Positions 54,678 through 64,000 of a DNA stretch of 64,000 nt are shown in pieces. Origin of the DNA: an uncultured Litoreibacter sp. (GTDB lineage: Bacteria; Pseudomonadota; Alphaproteobacteria; Rhodobacterales; Rhodobacteraceae). Numbering within the stretch: the stretch's first letter is position 1; every line of letters begins with the position of its first letter. The notes under the pieces are model-generated. The model had not been told where the DNA came from. It saw nothing but the letters and a program-made list of their open reading frames with translations, and did not search any database. The stretch covers positions 871 through 64,870 of the forward strand of contig CANMWQ010000008.1 in assembly GCA_947501685.1 (NCBI GenBank), written 5' to 3'. The translations under genes were made by a program, and so were the position numbers.

Positions 54678-55984
54678 TCCTTGCGGCGGTTATCGACGAC
54701 GCGGACGGCCTTGCCTTGGCTGCGCGCGACGCTGCCCGGATCGCCGACCACCACTTCGGAGGAGACCCCGACCATATCCTTGACGCGTTTGGTCAGCACC
54801 TGCGCGGCGGCCTCTCTGGACGGGGCGTCGGCGGCATTGATATTGGCCTCGACCAGAACGCGCATCGCATCCATGCGGCCAGATTTATAGAGCTCGATCT
54901 GGAAATACGGGGCGAGCCCGTCCGTGGCCATGACCTGCTCCTCGATCTGGGTCGGGAAGACATTGACACCCCGCAGGATGATCATGTCGTCGGAGCGCCC
55001 GGTTATTTTCTCCATCCGCCGCATGCTGCGCGCCGTGCCGGGCAGGAGCCGGGTCAGGTCGCGGGTGCGGTAGCGGATCATCGGCATCCCCTCCTTGGTG
55101 AGCGTGGTAAAGACCAGCTCCCCCTCTTCCCCGTCTTCGACAACCTCGCCCGTGACCGGGTTGATGATTTCGGGGTAATAGTGATCCTCCCAGACGTGCA
55201 GCCCGTCTTTGGTTTCCACACATTCGTTTGCCACGCCGGGGCCCATGATCTCAGACAGGCCATAAATGTCGACGGCGTGCATGTCGAACGCGTCCTCCAC
55301 CTCCTTGCGCATGGCGTTGGTCCAGGGCTCCGCGCCAAACACGCCGACCTCAAGCGAGGCGCTGCGCGGGTCGATCCCCGCCTTTTGGAACCCTTCCAGA
55401 ATATTGAGCATATAGGACGGCGTGACCATGATGCCCTTGGGCGCAAAATCGGTGATCAGCTGGACCTGCTTCTCCGTCTGCCCGCCGCCCATCGGAACAA
55501 CCGTCGCTCCCAGCTTTTCGATCCCGTAATGCGCGCCAAGCCCACCGGTGAAAAGCCCGTAGCCATAGGCGTTGTGCACAATATCGCCCGCGCGCAGACC
55601 AGAGGCGCGCAGGCTTCGGGCCAGCGTGTCGGCCCAAACGTCAATGTCGTGCTGGGTGTAGACCACCACCGTCGGCTTGCCCGTGGTGCCGGAAGAGGCA
55701 TGGATACGCACCAGCTTTTCTTTTGGAACGGCGGCCAGTCCGAACGGATAATGGGCGCGCAAATCGTCCTTATGGGTGAAGGGGAACTTGGCGAGATCCT
55801 TGAGCTCTTTGAGGTCGTCGGGATGCACGCCCGCCGCGTCAAAGCGTTTGCGATACATCTCCACATTGTCATAGGCGTGGCGCAGCGACCATTTCATCCG
55901 GTCAAGTTGAAGGGCTGCGATCTCGTCGCGGCTGGCCAGCTCGATCGGGTCCAGATCGGCTTTGACGGGGCTCAGGTCTTTCAT
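54674..55984 (-). CDS. paaK: Phenylacetate-CoA ligase
   Basis: HASSGTTGKPT, YGYGLFTGGLG, YGLSEIMGPG, GRSDDM. Confidence 0.96.
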   Translation of the reverse strand: MKDLSPVKADLDPIELASRDEIAALQLDRMKWSLRHAYDNVEMYRKRFDAAGVHPDDLKELKDLAKFPFTHKDDLRAHYPFGLAAVPKEKLVRIHASSGTTGKPTVVVYTQHDIDVWADTLARSLRASGLRAGDIVHNAYGYGLFTGGLGAHYGIEKLGATVVPMGGGQTEKQVQLITDFAPKGIMVTPSYMLNILEGFQKAGIDPRSASLEVGVFGAEPWTNAMRKEVEDAFDMHAVDIYGLSEIMGPGVANECVETKDGLHVWEDHYYPEIINPVTGEVVEDGEEGELVFTTLTKEGMPMIRYRTRDLTRLLPGTARSMRRMEKITGRSDDMIILRGVNVFPTQIEEQVMATDGLAPYFQIELYKSGRMDAMRVLVEANINAADAPSREAAAQVLTKRVKDMVGVSSEVVVGDPGSVARSQGKAVRVVDNRRKE

Positions 55985-56006
55985 CTTATCTCCTCCACGC
56001 GTTGGA

Positions 56007-56438
56007 TTATTCCTCGAACAGCTGGCCTTTGATGGCGCGCGACAGGCCGCGCATTTCCGCGACGGTCTGGCCATCCTGATTTTCGACCCGCACGTCATAA
56101 ATGCCGCTGCGCCCGGTTAAGGAGACCTCGCGGGCGGTGGCGGTCAGCGTGTCACCCAGCTTGGCCGGCGCTGTGAATGTGATCATGTTGTTTTGCGCGA
56201 CGGTGGCCTGATTTCGGCTGTTGCAGGCAAAGGCAAAGCAGCTATCGGCCAGCGAAAAGGTAATGCCCCCGTGGCACATGCCGTGCCCGTTGCAATGGTG
56301 CTTTTCGACCTTCAGGGACATGACGGCATGGCCCTCATCGACAGAGACCAAGGTCATGCCAAGCCATTGCGACGCCCCATCGGTGGACCACATGGCATCG
56401 GCGGATTTGCGGGCGCGTTCCTTGGGTGTCATGCTCAA
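56007..56438 (-). CDS. paaI: Hydroxyphenylacetyl-CoA thioesterase
   Basis: NGHGMCHGG..FSLADS.FAFACNSRN. Confidence 0.93.
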   Translation of the reverse strand: MSMTPKERARKSADAMWSTDGASQWLGMTLVSVDEGHAVMSLKVEKHHCNGHGMCHGGITFSLADSCFAFACNSRNQATVAQNNMITFTAPAKLGDTLTATAREVSLTGRSGIYDVRVENQDGQTVAEMRGLSRAIKGQLFEE

Positions 56439-57220
56439 CGTCCTTTGAACGCAGGCGCGCGTTTTTCAAGAAAGGCGGAGACGCCTTCCGCATAATCCGC
56501 GCTCTCGCCGCAGGTTTTCATATAGCTCGCTTCCAGCTCAAGTTGCTCTTCCAGCGTGTTGGTCGCAGAGCTTTGAATGGCCAGCTTGCTGAGCCCCAAG
56601 CCCAGTGTCGGGCCATTGGCGAAATGTTCGGTCATCGTGCGGGCCTCGGTCATCAGGTCTTCATCGGGGATGGCTTTCCAGATCAGGCCCCAGTCCTCGG
56701 CCTGTTGCGCGGACAAAGGCTGGGCGGTGAAGGCCAACCCCTTGGCGCGCGCCTCGCCCAGAAGGCGCGGCAGATGCCAGCTGCCGCCCGTGTCGGGGAT
56801 CAGCCCGACCTTGGAAAAAGACTGGATGAATTTGGCCCCCTGCGCGGCCAGAACGACATCGCAGGCCAAGGCCAGATTGGCCCCTGCCCCCGCCGCCACG
56901 CCGTTCACGGCGCAGACAACCGGGAACTCAAGCGTGCGGATCAGGTTGACCAGCGGCGCGTAAAACGTGCGCACCGTCGCCCCGAGATCGGGCGGCGCGG
57001 TCATTTTCGACGGGTCGCGATCTCCCAGATCCTGCCCCGCACAAAACCCGCGCCCTGCCCCCGTCAGCAACACGGCGCGCGCGCCGCCGTCGCGGGCGTC
57101 TTCCAGCGCGCGGCGCAAGGCGAGATGCATCTCTTCGTTGAAACTGTTGAGACGCTCTGGCCGGTTCAGAGTGATTTCCGTCCAGGTCTCATGGGCGTGA
57201 ACAAGGATCGTATCGGTCAT
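56435..57220 (-). CDS. paaG: Ring-1,2-epoxyphenylacetyl-CoA isomerase
   Basis: GFCAGQDL, GLIPDTGGSW.LPRL.G crotonase fold in paa context. Confidence 0.93.
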   Translation of the reverse strand: MTDTILVHAHETWTEITLNRPERLNSFNEEMHLALRRALEDARDGGARAVLLTGAGRGFCAGQDLGDRDPSKMTAPPDLGATVRTFYAPLVNLIRTLEFPVVCAVNGVAAGAGANLALACDVVLAAQGAKFIQSFSKVGLIPDTGGSWHLPRLLGEARAKGLAFTAQPLSAQQAEDWGLIWKAIPDEDLMTEARTMTEHFANGPTLGLGLSKLAIQSSATNTLEEQLELEASYMKTCGESADYAEGVSAFLEKRAPAFKGR

Positions 57221-57260
57221 GGCCTGTCTCATTGATATCTGTCCGAATATTTCTTGCATA

Positions 57261-57276
57261 GACCGACCGGTTGGTC
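57261..57276. promoter_or_regulatory. PaaR-type operator
   Basis: GACCGACCGGTTGGTC palindrome in paaG/paaZ divergent region; resembles the ACC.ACCG..CGGT motif known for TetR-type PaaR. Confidence 0.75.
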
Positions 57277-57426
57277 AATTAATGATCTGAGCATCAACAC
57301 CTCGCCCGCCGACCCGACGTCTATCTCTGTCAGGCAGGGCGCGCGCGGAGCGATACGAATAGAGATGTGAACACAATGCGACCGCTTTGGCTGACGCGCC
57401 AAACGGCCCTCGTGAAAGGAACCGAT

Positions 57427-59463
57427 ATGAGCCTTCTGGACGTCAAAAGCTTCGCCGCCGGGGAGTGGATTTCGCCGGACGACAACGCGCGCTTGATCGA
57501 GAATGCCGTGACCGGCGCGCTGATGGGCCGTGCGGGCAATGACGCGCTGGATGTGCAGGCCATGTTGGATCATGCGCGCGACGTCGGCGGCCCTGCCCTG
57601 CGCAAGATGACCTTTCATGACCGCGCCCGCATGCTCAAAGCGCTGGCCGCGCATCTGGGGCAGCATAAGCAGGCGCTGTATGACCTGTCCTTTGCCACCG
57701 GGGCCACGCAGGCGGATCATCTGATCGATATTGATGGCGGCATCGGGACGATGTTTGTCTTTGCCTCCAAAGGCCGCCGCGAGATGCCGGACGCGCATGT
57801 GTATCTTGACGGCGAGGTGGAGCAGCTGTCGCGGGGCGGCACCTTCCTTGGCCAGCATATCGCCACACCTTTGCAAGGCGTGGCTGTGCATATCAACGCG
57901 TTCAACTTCCCAGTCTGGGGGATGCTTGAGAAGCTGGCACCGACCATGCTCGCAGGCGTGCCTGCCATCGTGAAACCCGCGACAGCCACCAGCTATGTTA
58001 CTGAGCTTGCCGTCAAGATCATGCTCGACAGTGGTATCTTGCCAGCAGGCGCGGTCCAGCTGGTCTCCGGCGGATTGGGGGACATGTTGGAGCGGTTGAC
58101 CTGTCAGGATGTGGTCAGCTTCACAGGCTCTGCTGAGACCGCGTTCAAGCTGCGCTCCGCGCCGCATATCCTGCGCAACTCCATCCGCTTTGTGGCCGAG
58201 CAAGACAGCCTGAACGCCTCTATCCTTGGCCCGGATGCGGTGCCGGGGACGCCCGAGTTTGACCTGTTTGTCAAAGAAGTGCAGCGCGAGATGACGACCA
58301 AGGCGGGGCAGAAATGCACGGCAATCCGGCGTATTCTCGTGCCGCACGCGCAGATAGACGCCACGATTGACGCCCTGCGCACGCGGCTGGGACAGACGGT
58401 GATTGGCGACCCAAAAGCGGAAGCCACCCGCATGGGCGCGCTGGTCAACACCAGCCAAAAGCGCGACGTGTTGGAAAAGGCCGCGATCATCGGCGAGGAG
58501 GCGGAGCGGGTCTTTGGCGATCCTGAGCGTTTCGAGGTGCACAATGCGGACGGTGACGCGGGCGCGTTCCTGCCGCCGATGCTCTTTCATTGCGCCGACC
58601 CAGATGCGGCCTCGCGGGTCCATGACACGGAGGCCTTTGGGCCCGTCTCCACGATCATGGGATACCGCGATCTTGATCACGCGATTGCCTTGGTGAACCG
58701 TGGCGAGGGCTCGCTCGTGGCCTCCGTGATCACCCATGACAGCGACGTGGCGCGCGAGGTGGCCATGGGTGCGGGCGCGTTCCACGGGCGGCTTTATTTC
58801 AACAACCGTGACTCTATGGGCGAGTCCACGGGCCACGGCTCTCCGCTGCCGCATATGGTGCATGGTGGGCCGGGCCGCGCCGGGGGTGGCGAGGAGATGG
58901 GCGGCGTGCGGGGTGTGATGCATTACATGCAGCGCACGGCCATTCAGGGCAGCCCTGATATTCTGACGGCGCTTGGGAAGAAGTGGGTGCCGAACGCCAC
59001 CGAGCAGGTGACCGAGACCCACCCTTTCACCCGCAGCTTCCATGATCTGCATATCGGGGAGACCATCCACACCGACCCGCGTGTGATCACGCTGGAGGAT
59101 ATCGAGCATTTCGCCGCCTTCACCGGCGACACGTTCTACGCGCATATGGATGACGCCGCCGCTAAACGAAACCCGTTCTTTCCGGGCCGGGTGGCGCATG
59201 GGTATCTGCTGCTCAGCTTTGCCGCCGGGATGTTTGTGGAGCCGAGCGAAGGCCCGGTGCTGGCCAATACCGGCCTCGACAATCTGCGTTTCATGAAACC
59301 CGTTGAGGCGGGCGACAGCATCAAGGTGCGCCTGACGGTGAAGCATAAAACTCCGCGCAACGAGGAGTATGGCGAAGTGCGGTGGCATGTGACGCTCACA
59401 AACCAGGAGGGTGAGCTGGTGGCCGAATACGAGCTTTTGACCATGAACGCCTATCAGGCCTAG
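57427..59463 (+). CDS. paaZ: Oxepin-CoA hydrolase / aldehyde dehydrogenase PaaZ
   Basis: [28 protein letters not shown]-terminal MaoC domain [13 protein letters not shown]. Confidence 0.96.
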   Translation: MSLLDVKSFAAGEWISPDDNARLIENAVTGALMGRAGNDALDVQAMLDHARDVGGPALRKMTFHDRARMLKALAAHLGQHKQALYDLSFATGATQADHLIDIDGGIGTMFVFASKGRREMPDAHVYLDGEVEQLSRGGTFLGQHIATPLQGVAVHINAFNFPVWGMLEKLAPTMLAGVPAIVKPATATSYVTELAVKIMLDSGILPAGAVQLVSGGLGDMLERLTCQDVVSFTGSAETAFKLRSAPHILRNSIRFVAEQDSLNASILGPDAVPGTPEFDLFVKEVQREMTTKAGQKCTAIRRILVPHAQIDATIDALRTRLGQTVIGDPKAEATRMGALVNTSQKRDVLEKAAIIGEEAERVFGDPERFEVHNADGDAGAFLPPMLFHCADPDAASRVHDTEAFGPVSTIMGYRDLDHAIALVNRGEGSLVASVITHDSDVAREVAMGAGAFHGRLYFNNRDSMGESTGHGSPLPHMVHGGPGRAGGGEEMGGVRGVMHYMQRTAIQGSPDILTALGKKWVPNATEQVTETHPFTRSFHDLHIGETIHTDPRVITLEDIEHFAAFTGDTFYAHMDDAAAKRNPFFPGRVAHGYLLLSFAAGMFVEPSEGPVLANTGLDNLRFMKPVEAGDSIKVRLTVKHKTPRNEEYGEVRWHVTLTNQEGELVAEYELLTMNAYQA

Positions 59464-59500
59464 GCTTGGAAGTTCTGCCTTTGCGCAGTAAAGAACGCAG

Positions 59501-60280
59501 ATGCAGAACGCCCCATTCGAGGATATCGTCGGAACGCTGACACTGGGTCAGACCCCTCGGGTCTGGTCCCTGCTCATTTCGGTCTTCGGCGATCTTGCGC
59601 AAGAGGATGGCGCGCAGATCAGCGGGCAGTTTTTGCGCCAGCTCACCAGGATGATCGGCATCAAACCCGAAGCCATGCGCGTTGCACTGCACCGTTTGCG
59701 CAAGGAAGGCTGGATTGAGAGCCAGCGGCAGGGGCGCAACAGCGTCTATTTTCTGACCCCCAAGGGCCATGCGCAAACCGTGGAGGCCACGCCGCGCATC
59801 TACGCCGCTGGCCCTGCGGCGACGCAGGCTTGGCTGGCGGTTTTCAATCCGCTCCATCCCTCTGAGAGCAGCGATATGCCCGGCGCGTGGCTGTCTGGGC
59901 ATATGCTCATCACACCGCAAATGCCGGACCAACGCGATGCCTATGTGACACGTTTGACGCCGGAGACAGCCATTCCTGACTGGATGACCGACAAACTATG
60001 TAGCCCTGCGCTCCGGCAGCTGGCGGAGGAGTTTGCGCAGGCGCTGGGACAGGTCAGCGGCCAGCTGACCGCCCCGTTGACCCCCATGGAAGTGGCCGTT
60101 CTGCGCGTCCTGGTGGTGCATGGCTGGCGGCGCATTGTGCTGAAAGCGCCTCTCCTGCCCGACCATGTTTTCCCAAACGAATGGGCCGGTGCGCGGTGCC
60201 GCGCGCAGGTCACAGCGCTTTTGGCCAAGCACAGCCGCCCGGCCCTCGATGAGCTGGAAGCGGCGGCGGCCTCAGGCTGA
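59501..60280 (+). CDS. paaX: PaaX-family transcriptional repressor
   Basis: SLLISVFGD, RVALHRLRKEGW, WRRIVL..P.LP...P..W.G. Confidence 0.88.
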   Translation: MQNAPFEDIVGTLTLGQTPRVWSLLISVFGDLAQEDGAQISGQFLRQLTRMIGIKPEAMRVALHRLRKEGWIESQRQGRNSVYFLTPKGHAQTVEATPRIYAAGPAATQAWLAVFNPLHPSESSDMPGAWLSGHMLITPQMPDQRDAYVTRLTPETAIPDWMTDKLCSPALRQLAEEFAQALGQVSGQLTAPLTPMEVAVLRVLVVHGWRRIVLKAPLLPDHVFPNEWAGARCRAQVTALLAKHSRPALDELEAAAASG

Positions 60281-60301
60281 CGGGGGCAAACGGGCCCGCC
60301 A

Positions 60302-61099
60302 TTACGCCCGCTCGTAAATCACCGGAAACCAGTCTTCGCGCAGCACCTGCCCCGGTGTCATGTCATGGCCCGGAAAGGGCGGAGAGGTCGGCCCCGGCCG
60401 CTCGACATAGCGCGCATCATCACCCACCAAACGCAGCGAAAAGGCACGGCGGCGGGTTTTGGTCGTGTTACCACGGGCGCCATGCAACGTGCCGAAATTG
60501 AACGCCACCGCATCGCCCGGCTCCATCTGCCATTCCCGGATCTCCATGCCCTCAGCGTCCGGATCGGGCACGGGCATATAGGCATCATCATCGGGGTAAA
60601 AACTGGTCTCCGCCAGCCAGCGGGTCGGCAGAACCGGCTTCTCCCACGCATGGCTGCCCGCCACACAGCGCAGGCTTGCGCCCGTGACCGCATCCATGGG
60701 CGACCAGAAACTGACATTCTGCATCCCCTCCACAAAATAATAGGGGCCATCCTGATGCCACGGGGTCGGCTTGGAGGTGCCGGGCTCCTTGACCAGCACG
60801 TGGTCGTGAAACACCTGCACGCGGTGGGATTGCATCAGGTCGGCGGCCACAGCGCCTGCGTCAGAGCTGCGGATCACGTCCTCGAATTCTGAAATGCGCG
60901 TCCAGTTGCAGTAGTCATCAAAGAACCGCCCGCCCTCGCCCTCTTTGAGGTTCTCCGCCGCGTAGGGGCCGGGTTCGTTCATATTGCGCTCGATCCCGTC
61001 ACGGATCATGTCCACGTAACCCGCGAACAAGCCTTTGATCAGGACCACGCCGTCGCGTTGGAATGTGTCGATATGGGTCTGGGTGAGCAGTGGGTGCAT
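60302..61099 (-). CDS. Phytanoyl-CoA dioxygenase (PhyH) family Fe/2OG enzyme
   Basis: TPWHQDGPY (HxD), TLHGA, RRAFSLR. Confidence 0.9.
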   Translation of the reverse strand: MHPLLTQTHIDTFQRDGVVLIKGLFAGYVDMIRDGIERNMNEPGPYAAENLKEGEGGRFFDDYCNWTRISEFEDVIRSSDAGAVAADLMQSHRVQVFHDHVLVKEPGTSKPTPWHQDGPYYFVEGMQNVSFWSPMDAVTGASLRCVAGSHAWEKPVLPTRWLAETSFYPDDDAYMPVPDPDAEGMEIREWQMEPGDAVAFNFGTLHGARGNTTKTRRRAFSLRLVGDDARYVERPGPTSPPFPGHDMTPGQVLREDWFPVIYERA

Positions 61100-61142
61100 T
61101 TTGCGATCCTTTGGTGTGGGACAGGCATAGGCGAGCACGGGG

Positions 61143-61162
61143 CTAATTTCTAATGAAATTAG
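61143..61162. promoter_or_regulatory. Palindrome in PhyH/Rieske divergent promoter
   Basis: CTAATTTC-TAAT-GAAATTAG perfect 8-4-8; contains LysR-like T-N11-A. Confidence 0.5.
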
Positions 61163-61269
61163 GCCATGCAGGTTTCAACCTTTTGCCATGGGTGCGGGAT
61201 GTAAGGACGCGCTGGCATGTGCCGCCAAACACGGGCTATTCTTGGCAGGCATTTTGGAGAGAGAACGCG

Positions 61270-62310
61270 ATGTTTCTGAAAAACGCCTGGTATGTTGCCG
61301 CATGGGATCACGAGATCACGCGCGAGCTGCAGCAAATCACCGTGCTGGGTGAGAAGATTTGCGCGTTCCGCTCGGAAGCGGGTGACCTCGTCGGGCTGGA
61401 GGACGCCTGCCCGCACCGGAAATTGCCGCTCTCCAAAGGGCGCATCAAAGGCGACACGGTCGAGTGCGGCTATCACGGGCTGACGTTCAACTGCGTCGGC
61501 CAATGCGTCTGGGCGCCGGGTGCGGGCGGCATCCCCTCGAACGCCAAGGTACATGCCTATCCCTTGCATGAGAAATACGGGCTGGTCTGGATCTGGATGG
61601 GCAACCCTGCCCTTGCCGACCCTTCCGACATTTTCGAGATCGAGAATTACGGCGACCCCGCTTGGGGCATCAACCGGGGTGCCGCGATGGAGTTGGACTG
61701 CAACTACCTGCTGATGTGCGACAACCTGCTGGACCCGACCCATGTGGCCTGGGTGCATCAAAGCAGCTTTGGCACGGATCAAACCAAGGACGCCCCTCTG
61801 CGGATCACCAAGACCGAGGACGGCGTGATCGTGCATCGCTGGATGATGGATCACGAGCCCGCACCTTTCTACAAAAAGGTGGTGGAGTTCGAGGGCAATT
61901 GCGACCGCCTGCAACATTACGAGGTGCGCTACCCCAGCCACGCGCTGATCCGCGCGGTGTTTACCCCCGCTGGCACCGGTGGCCCAGACGGGCCGCTGCA
62001 TGACAAGACTTTCATCATGGACAGCTACAACTTCATGACGCCCACAAACGAAGGCCAGACCCGCTATTACTGGTTCCAGCTGCGCAATATCCGCCCCGAT
62101 GACGCAGCGCTGTCCAAGATGATGAGCGAGGACGTCCAACACGCTTTTGAAGAGGACCGCGCGGTTCTCAACGAGGTGCAAAAGGGCATGGCGAACAAGA
62201 CGTCTCCCCATATCGACCTGCCGATTGACGGCGGCCAGCTGCGGTTCCGTCGCCAATTGCAGGCGATGATCAATGAGGAGCAGCAGGTCGACCGCCAGAT
62301 GGCCGAGTAG
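61270..62310 (+). CDS. Rieske non-heme iron oxygenase alpha subunit (VanA/O-demethylase-like)
   Basis: CPHR..L....CGYHG Rieske motif; DNLLDPTHVAWVH facial triad; FEED. Confidence 0.93.
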   Translation: MFLKNAWYVAAWDHEITRELQQITVLGEKICAFRSEAGDLVGLEDACPHRKLPLSKGRIKGDTVECGYHGLTFNCVGQCVWAPGAGGIPSNAKVHAYPLHEKYGLVWIWMGNPALADPSDIFEIENYGDPAWGINRGAAMELDCNYLLMCDNLLDPTHVAWVHQSSFGTDQTKDAPLRITKTEDGVIVHRWMMDHEPAPFYKKVVEFEGNCDRLQHYEVRYPSHALIRAVFTPAGTGGPDGPLHDKTFIMDSYNFMTPTNEGQTRYYWFQLRNIRPDDAALSKMMSEDVQHAFEEDRAVLNEVQKGMANKTSPHIDLPIDGGQLRFRRQLQAMINEEQQVDRQMAE

Positions 62311-62385
62311 CCTCGCCTTTGGGGGGAGCACCGCAACGACTGGTATGATACTCCCCCATCGAGCTTGGCGGCATGCTCACCAGAG

Positions 62386-63205
62386 GGGACTGTTGCATTA
62401 TTTCTGTTGCACTGAGCATGTGCTGGTTTTGGCCTTGTGGTCACGCTGCAGAGTTGAACAGTTCACGGATGAACTCGACCTCGCCTCTGACGCCTGGTTG
62501 TTTGTGGTGGATGTGGCCGTTTTTGATGGTTCTGATAGTCTCGATGCCGCTGAGGGTTGCTTTGGCCGTTCGCAACGACCGAAAGCTCTGGCGGTATCCA
62601 AGAAGCCGCTTCATGGCAGCGTGATCGCTTTCGATCAGGTTATTCCGCCATTTCTTGTCGACATGCCGGATACTGTCAAAATGCGGATCGTAGCGCCGGT
62701 TTTCTTCCTCGATCACTCTTCGGTACGTGGGTGCCTTGTCTGTACAGATCGTGACCGGGCGGTGCAGCCGAACACGTTCTATCGCCTTGCCCAGAAAGGC
62801 CCTGGCGGCTCTTGCATCCCGCCGAGCAGTAAGGCGGAAATCGACCATCTGGCCGTTTGCATCAATCGCGCGCCATAAGTAACGCCACTTGCCATCAACG
62901 CGGATATAGGTTTTGTCGACATGCCAATCGACACTCGCCCGACGCAAATGTTTCTCGGTTCGCTTGGCAAGCTCCGGGCCAAATTTCTGGACCCAGCGAT
63001 ACACAGTTGATCGATCAACCGAGACGACACGCTCTTCCAGCAAGTCAGCAACGTCCTGATAGGACAGTGGATACCGCAGATACCACCGCACGGCGCATAG
63101 AATGATATCACGCGGAAATCGGTGGTGTTTGAAGGCAGATCTACGCGGCATGCTGGACCTCAAAACCTGATCGTCGCCAACGCAGGCAAATAATGCAACA
63201 GTCCC
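62386..63205 (-). mobile_element. IS6/IS26-family insertion sequence, 820 bp
   Basis: 18-bp perfect terminal inverted repeats GGGACTGTTGCATTATTT at 62386 and 63205; no flanking 8-bp direct repeat. Confidence 0.93.
62441..63151 (-). CDS. IS6 family transposase
   Basis: 236 aa; F.HHRFPRDII..AVRWY, WHVDKTY, TDKAP, NNLIESDH. Confidence 0.92.
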   Translation of the reverse strand: MPRRSAFKHHRFPRDIILCAVRWYLRYPLSYQDVADLLEERVVSVDRSTVYRWVQKFGPELAKRTEKHLRRASVDWHVDKTYIRVDGKWRYLWRAIDANGQMVDFRLTARRDARAARAFLGKAIERVRLHRPVTICTDKAPTYRRVIEEENRRYDPHFDSIRHVDKKWRNNLIESDHAAMKRLLGYRQSFRSLRTAKATLSGIETIRTIKNGHIHHKQPGVRGEVEFIRELFNSAA

Positions 63206-63215
63206 ACTGAACCCC

Positions 63216-64000
63216 CTACGGAGACAACTCCTCAAGTTTGAGCCAGTAGCGTGTATATCGGCGCTCGCCTGTCCGGTACAGAGTACCGGTTTCAACTAAG
63301 TCGAGCAGATCTCTTGTCGCCGTTGCACGTGACGTACCCGTAATGGAAATATAGTTCTCTGCACTGAGGCCACCTTTGAACCCCTCGGGCCCTTCCCGGA
63401 AAATTCGCTCGATCACCTTGGTCTGCCTTTCATTCATCGCGTCGCGATACCGGTCGTAGAAATGCGCTTTGGCAATGAAGAAGCCCACTCGGTCGAGGGT
63501 GACCTGCTGCGCCTCCAGAACGGCCTCTGCAAACCATACAAGCCACGGTGTGACATCCAGTGTCTTCTGGTACCGCTCAAGCTGATCGTAATAGTCCTTC
63601 CGTTTTCGCTCGATGGTAAAGGCAAGCACGATCAGGCTCGGCTGCCCAATGTTCTGAGCTAGGGACTTTTCGGCCAAGGCCCGACCCAAGCGACCATTCC
63701 CGTCCTCAAACGGGTGGATGCTTTCGAAGTAGAGATGGCTGAGGCCCGCGCGCGTCAATGCCAGTAAAGGCTTTTCCGAATCCGGCCCTGTCCGGTTGAA
63801 CCAGTCGACGTACCGGTCCATCTCATCCGGAACCTGCGCAGATGGCGGGGCCTCAAAATGTACGACCGGGCGGTCAACACGACCAGAGGCGATCTGCATG
63901 GCATCTTCGTGCTGCCGATAGGACCCGATGGCCTCCAACCGTTTATCGAATGACAAGAGCATCTCGTGCCACCGAAACAGGGTTTCGTGCGTGAGGGGCT
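63216..64000 (-). CDS. Fic family protein (DUF4172-Fic type), 5'-partial
   Basis: HPFEDGNGRLGR; frame stays open to the window end (PLTHETLFRWHEM..); C-terminal wHTH SRATATRDL. Confidence 0.92.
   Translation of the reverse strand, partial: PLTHETLFRWHEMLLSFDKRLEAIGSYRQHEDAMQIASGRVDRPVVHFEAPPSAQVPDEMDRYVDWFNRTGPDSEKPLLALTRAGLSHLYFESIHPFEDGNGRLGRALAEKSLAQNIGQPSLIVLAFTIERKRKDYYDQLERYQKTLDVTPWLVWFAEAVLEAQQVTLDRVGFFIAKAHFYDRYRDAMNERQTKVIERIFREGPEGFKGGLSAENYISITGTSRATATRDLLDLVETGTLYRTGERRYTRYWLKLEELSP

Noticed and set aside
57427-59463. Tropone/tropodithietic-acid shunt through an ALDH-dead PaaZ
   Set aside because: The ALDH catalytic Cys (GQKCTA) and Glu (EQDSLN) are intact and no tda genes are in the window.
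3020-62331. Many long antisense or alternate-frame ORFs (for example 3020-3952, 19306-21483, 25424-26914, 47724-49196, 57229-59388, 61159-62331)
   Set aside because: Shadow ORFs expected in high-GC DNA opposite well-supported genes; no family motifs.

Overview
GC-rich alphaproteobacterial chromosome segment; gene content and order point to Rhodobacterales (Roseobacter group). The left edge holds the N-terminus of a P4-like integrase (missed by the ORF track) just beyond the 3' end of tRNA-Ser(GCT), i.e. the border of an integrated island lying left of the window. Then follow a 47-aa-repeat TPR gene, a structured intergenic repeat array, ychF, trpA, a low-GC VOC gene, an orphan Flp pilin, a probable isethionate cluster (IclR, GMC dehydrogenase, TerC, TRAP), znuA-zur-znuCB, a urease operon interleaved with M20 hydrolase, DAP-ammonia-lyase-like and racemase-like genes, tamAB, a GntR dehydrogenase operon, MttB plus a dimethylglycine-dehydrogenase-like gene, rplS-rpmE (preceded by a trmD remnant), mipZ, an ECF sigma/anti-sigma module and a decayed pirin. 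A large phenylacetate (paa) cluster is flanked by a ThDP enzyme on one side and PhyH and Rieske oxygenase genes on the other. An 820-bp IS6 and a partial Fic gene close the window. The best leads are (i) the ThDP enzyme that shares a 35-bp inverted-repeat motif with paaJ, which with PhyH might form an alpha-oxidation feeder into Paa (hypothesis only), (ii) a covarying hairpin array at 2.5-2.76 kb, and (iii) the urease-linked amino-acid nitrogen-scavenging module. All calls come from reading the sequence; no database searches were run.
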